A stretch of DNA of 58,888 bases, from the IMG/VR virus record IMGVR_UViG_3300044691_000290, positions 1 to 58,888 of that record, one strand, 5' to 3'. Source of the DNA: a virus. Lineage: Duplodnaviria > Caudoviricetes. A model generated the notes under the pieces. That model searched no databases. It saw nothing but the letters and a program-made list of their open reading frames with translations, and was not told where the DNA came from. Positions within the stretch are counted from its first letter, which is position 1. Each line of letters begins with the position of its first letter. A program made the position numbers and the translations under genes. Below are positions 56,801-58,888 of the stretch, one piece after another.

Positions 56801-57318
56801 TGCCCGTCACACAAAACGACCTCGATTGGATCGCCGCAAGGCTGCTCCCTGACATTTACGACATAAACCAGGCGTGGCGCCGAGAGCAGATGGGCATTCA
56901 CGAACTACAAACGTCCTTACGCCAGAGCGGAACGCCCGGTGCCGAATCGCTGACGATGCAATACGGCCCCGCCGGGGTTCAAAACTTCATCATGGGCGAC
57001 GTAAACGTGACGTTGCCCCCGAACGCCAGCGAGGCGGACATCTTGGCCGCCCTTTCCAATCCTTTCCTGTACAACGCGAGCCCCCCGAACATGTCAATTA
57101 CTGGTTTCCAGCCTGGCGCAATCAAAGCGGCGATCGATGCTGCAAAGGCGAAAGCCAAGGCGGACATGGAAGCGGCCATGGGCAAGCTTGCGGCGGCGTC
57201 CGCCAAGTCGGCCACGGTCCCCGACGCAATCGCGCAGGTAGCCGCTTCGATGGAGAAGGAAGCGGACGACGCGCTGCAGGAATTGGCAACCTTCACGAAC
57301 GGCGGCCCTGCGCTCTAG
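56800..57318 (+). CDS. Hypothetical protein
   Basis: Coupled ORF; Ala-rich helical C-terminus. Confidence 0.55.
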   Translation: MPVTQNDLDWIAARLLPDIYDINQAWRREQMGIHELQTSLRQSGTPGAESLTMQYGPAGVQNFIMGDVNVTLPPNASEADILAALSNPFLYNASPPNMSITGFQPGAIKAAIDAAKAKAKADMEAAMGKLAAASAKSATVPDAIAQVAASMEKEADDALQELATFTNGGPAL

Positions 57319-57343
57319 CCCCGTTTCATTTTGAGGAGTACCT

Positions 57344-57688
57344 ATGGACGAAGTTATTGCTGCGATTGCCAAAGTTTGCCATGAGGTTAACCGCGCCTAC
57401 TGTGCGAGCATCGGAGACCACTCCCAACCGACTTGGGAAAATGCACCGGAATGGCAGCGCGCGAGCGCCATCAACGGTGTGAAGTTTACCCGAGCAAATC
57501 CCGACGCGCCGCCTTCAGCATCGCACGAAAGCTGGCTGGAAGAGAAACGCCGCGATGGGTGGAAGTATGGTCCCCTGAAAAACCCTGATGCGAAAGAGCA
57601 TCCTTGTTTCGTTTCTTACGATGAACTTCCGATCGAACAGCGTACAAAAGACTATCTGTTTCAGGCAGTCGTGCGTTCCATAGCGTAG
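57344..57688 (+). CDS. RyR-domain protein
   Basis: IAKVCHEVNRAYC, H.SW...K..DGWKYG..K...KEHPC.V.Y.ELP..Q..KD. Confidence 0.8.
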   Translation: MDEVIAAIAKVCHEVNRAYCASIGDHSQPTWENAPEWQRASAINGVKFTRANPDAPPSASHESWLEEKRRDGWKYGPLKNPDAKEHPCFVSYDELPIEQRTKDYLFQAVVRSIA

Positions 57689-57689
57689 C

Positions 57690-58888
57690 GTGACCTCTCT
57701 TGTAATCCCCTATTTGCCGCGCGAGCAGTTCAAGCCCTACCACGCGCGAAAAGAACGTTTTGCCAAGATCGTGGCGCATCGCCGGTTTGGTAAGGCACTG
57801 GACGTTGATACGCTAATTCCGATCTATTGCGGCGGCTTTAAGCGAATGGGCGATCTTGTGGTCGGAGATTGTATCTTCGATGAAACCGGCGCACCTACGA
57901 AAGTGCTTGAAGTGCACGAGGTTCAAATCGGACGCCCTTGCTACGCGGTAAGATTCGATGACGGATCGGAAGTTGTTTGTGACGAAGATCATCTTTGGGT
58001 CACACAGACGAAAGCGGATCGCACCCGTCGCCGTGGACGATACGTTTTAGGTGCGGGACGCGAAGGAACGCGGGTGGTAGGCGTTCAGCAGCGACGACAA
58101 GGCAAAATAAAGACCACGCTTGAAATCGCGCAGACACTCAAATCACGCGGAGAAAATAACCATTCGATCGGGTTTAGCGGCCCTCTTCAATACCCACCGC
58201 AGCGTCAGCCAATCGATCCTTATATTTTAGGACTTTGGTTAGGTGACGGTCATTCGAGAGTGCCGCATTTCACGACAATGGATGAAGAAATCGTTGTTGA
58301 GTTGAAGCGATACGCTGATGCAATTGGCTGTACGTTTCAGAAAATCGAAAGTTCAAACGCGGGCCGAGCGACGACATATTCGATAACCGCATCTAAAAAG
58401 GATGTGCCATTTTCGCGCACACTCAATCAGTGCGGTTTGATCAACAACAAGCACATTCCATCGTGCTATCTCTACGGCTCTAAAGAGCAGCGAATGGCGC
58501 TTCTTCAGGGGTTGATGGATACGGACGGGTCTATTACTCCGAAGGGACGTGCTTGTGAGATTACGCAGAAACGGCGCGGACTTGCCGAGCAGATAGTACA
58601 ACTTATCGTAAGTTTGGGCGAGAAAGCGAATCTAACAGAGAAGGTCATAAACGGACGCTCGTATTGGCGCATTACCTTTTGTCCAGCATTTAATCCATTC
58701 CGTCTGCAACGCAAAGCGGGTCTGTTTAAGGAACCAAAAGAAACGGCATTCGGTAGGGCGCGACGTATCGTTGCTGTTGATCCGGTAGAGACAAGGCCAG
58801 TTCGTTGCATCACGGTGGACAGTCCGAGTCGGCTTTATCTCGCGAGCGAACGATTAATTCCAACACACAATACGGTAGGTTGCATCAC
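57690..58888 (+). CDS. terL: Terminase large subunit (3' partial), intein-containing
   Basis: GTG start; IPY.PR.QF...H...RF...VAHRRFGK/T Walker A; frame open to window end, hence absent from the ORF track. Confidence 0.85.
   Translation, partial: MTSLVIPYLPREQFKPYHARKERFAKIVAHRRFGKALDVDTLIPIYCGGFKRMGDLVVGDCIFDETGAPTKVLEVHEVQIGRPCYAVRFDDGSEVVCDEDHLWVTQTKADRTRRRGRYVLGAGREGTRVVGVQQRRQGKIKTTLEIAQTLKSRGENNHSIGFSGPLQYPPQRQPIDPYILGLWLGDGHSRVPHFTTMDEEIVVELKRYADAIGCTFQKIESSNAGRATTYSITASKKDVPFSRTLNQCGLINNKHIPSCYLYGSKEQRMALLQGLMDTDGSITPKGRACEITQKRRGLAEQIVQLIVSLGEKANLTEKVINGRSYWRITFCPAFNPFRLQRKAGLFKEPKETAFGRARRIVAVDPVETRPVRCITVDSPSRLYLASERLIPTHNTVGCI
57795..58871 (+). mobile_element. Class 3 intein with LAGLIDADG homing endonuclease (359 aa)
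   Basis: Starts ALDVDT after GK; DHLW (block B), LGLWLGDG and LQGLMDTDG (LAGLIDADG), VRCITV (block F Cys); ends IPTHN followed by T. Confidence 0.9.

Noticed and set aside
328-58813. Many long alternate-frame or antisense ORFs (e.g. 846-1682, 11059-11862, 31668-32840)
   Set aside because: They overlap well-supported genes, lack recognisable motifs, and are expected in high-GC DNA

Overview
The window is most of the genome of a temperate, podovirus-like tailed phage, probably of an alphaproteobacterial host (inferred from gene types, high GC and the tRNA-Val attP). It is permuted: it starts inside the scaffold gene and ends inside the large terminase, and no portal gene is visible. Layout: (i) 1-24.5 kb, + strand: capsid, carbohydrate-binding fibres, adaptor/nozzle, ejection proteins, tail fibre, holin-endolysin-spanins. 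(ii) About 25-27 kb: XRE regulator, an attP-like site with the 3' half of tRNA-Val(UAC), tyrosine integrase and excisionase. (iii) 27-38 kb, - strand: two DNA methyltransferases, family B DNA polymerase, SSB, Cas4-like nuclease. (iv) 38-58.9 kb, + strand: primase-helicase, many small early genes, SF2 helicase, probable small terminase, and a large terminase with a class 3 intein. Four signals go beyond routine annotation. (1) A promoter/operator element TTGACTTTCCG-N8-CG(G) occurs 21 times, always in the direction of transcription; 7 copies supply the stop codon of the upstream ORF. (2) Six unrelated proteins, including the primase-helicase and the probable small terminase, end in Pro-Pro-Tyr-stop with differing codons, suggesting an undescribed C-terminal docking tag or degron. 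(3) About 500 nt upstream of the packaging genes folds as five stem-closed RNA domains. (4) Several duplications record gene cassettes being shuffled at promoters and gene ends. All protein family calls are by-eye motif recognition, not database results.
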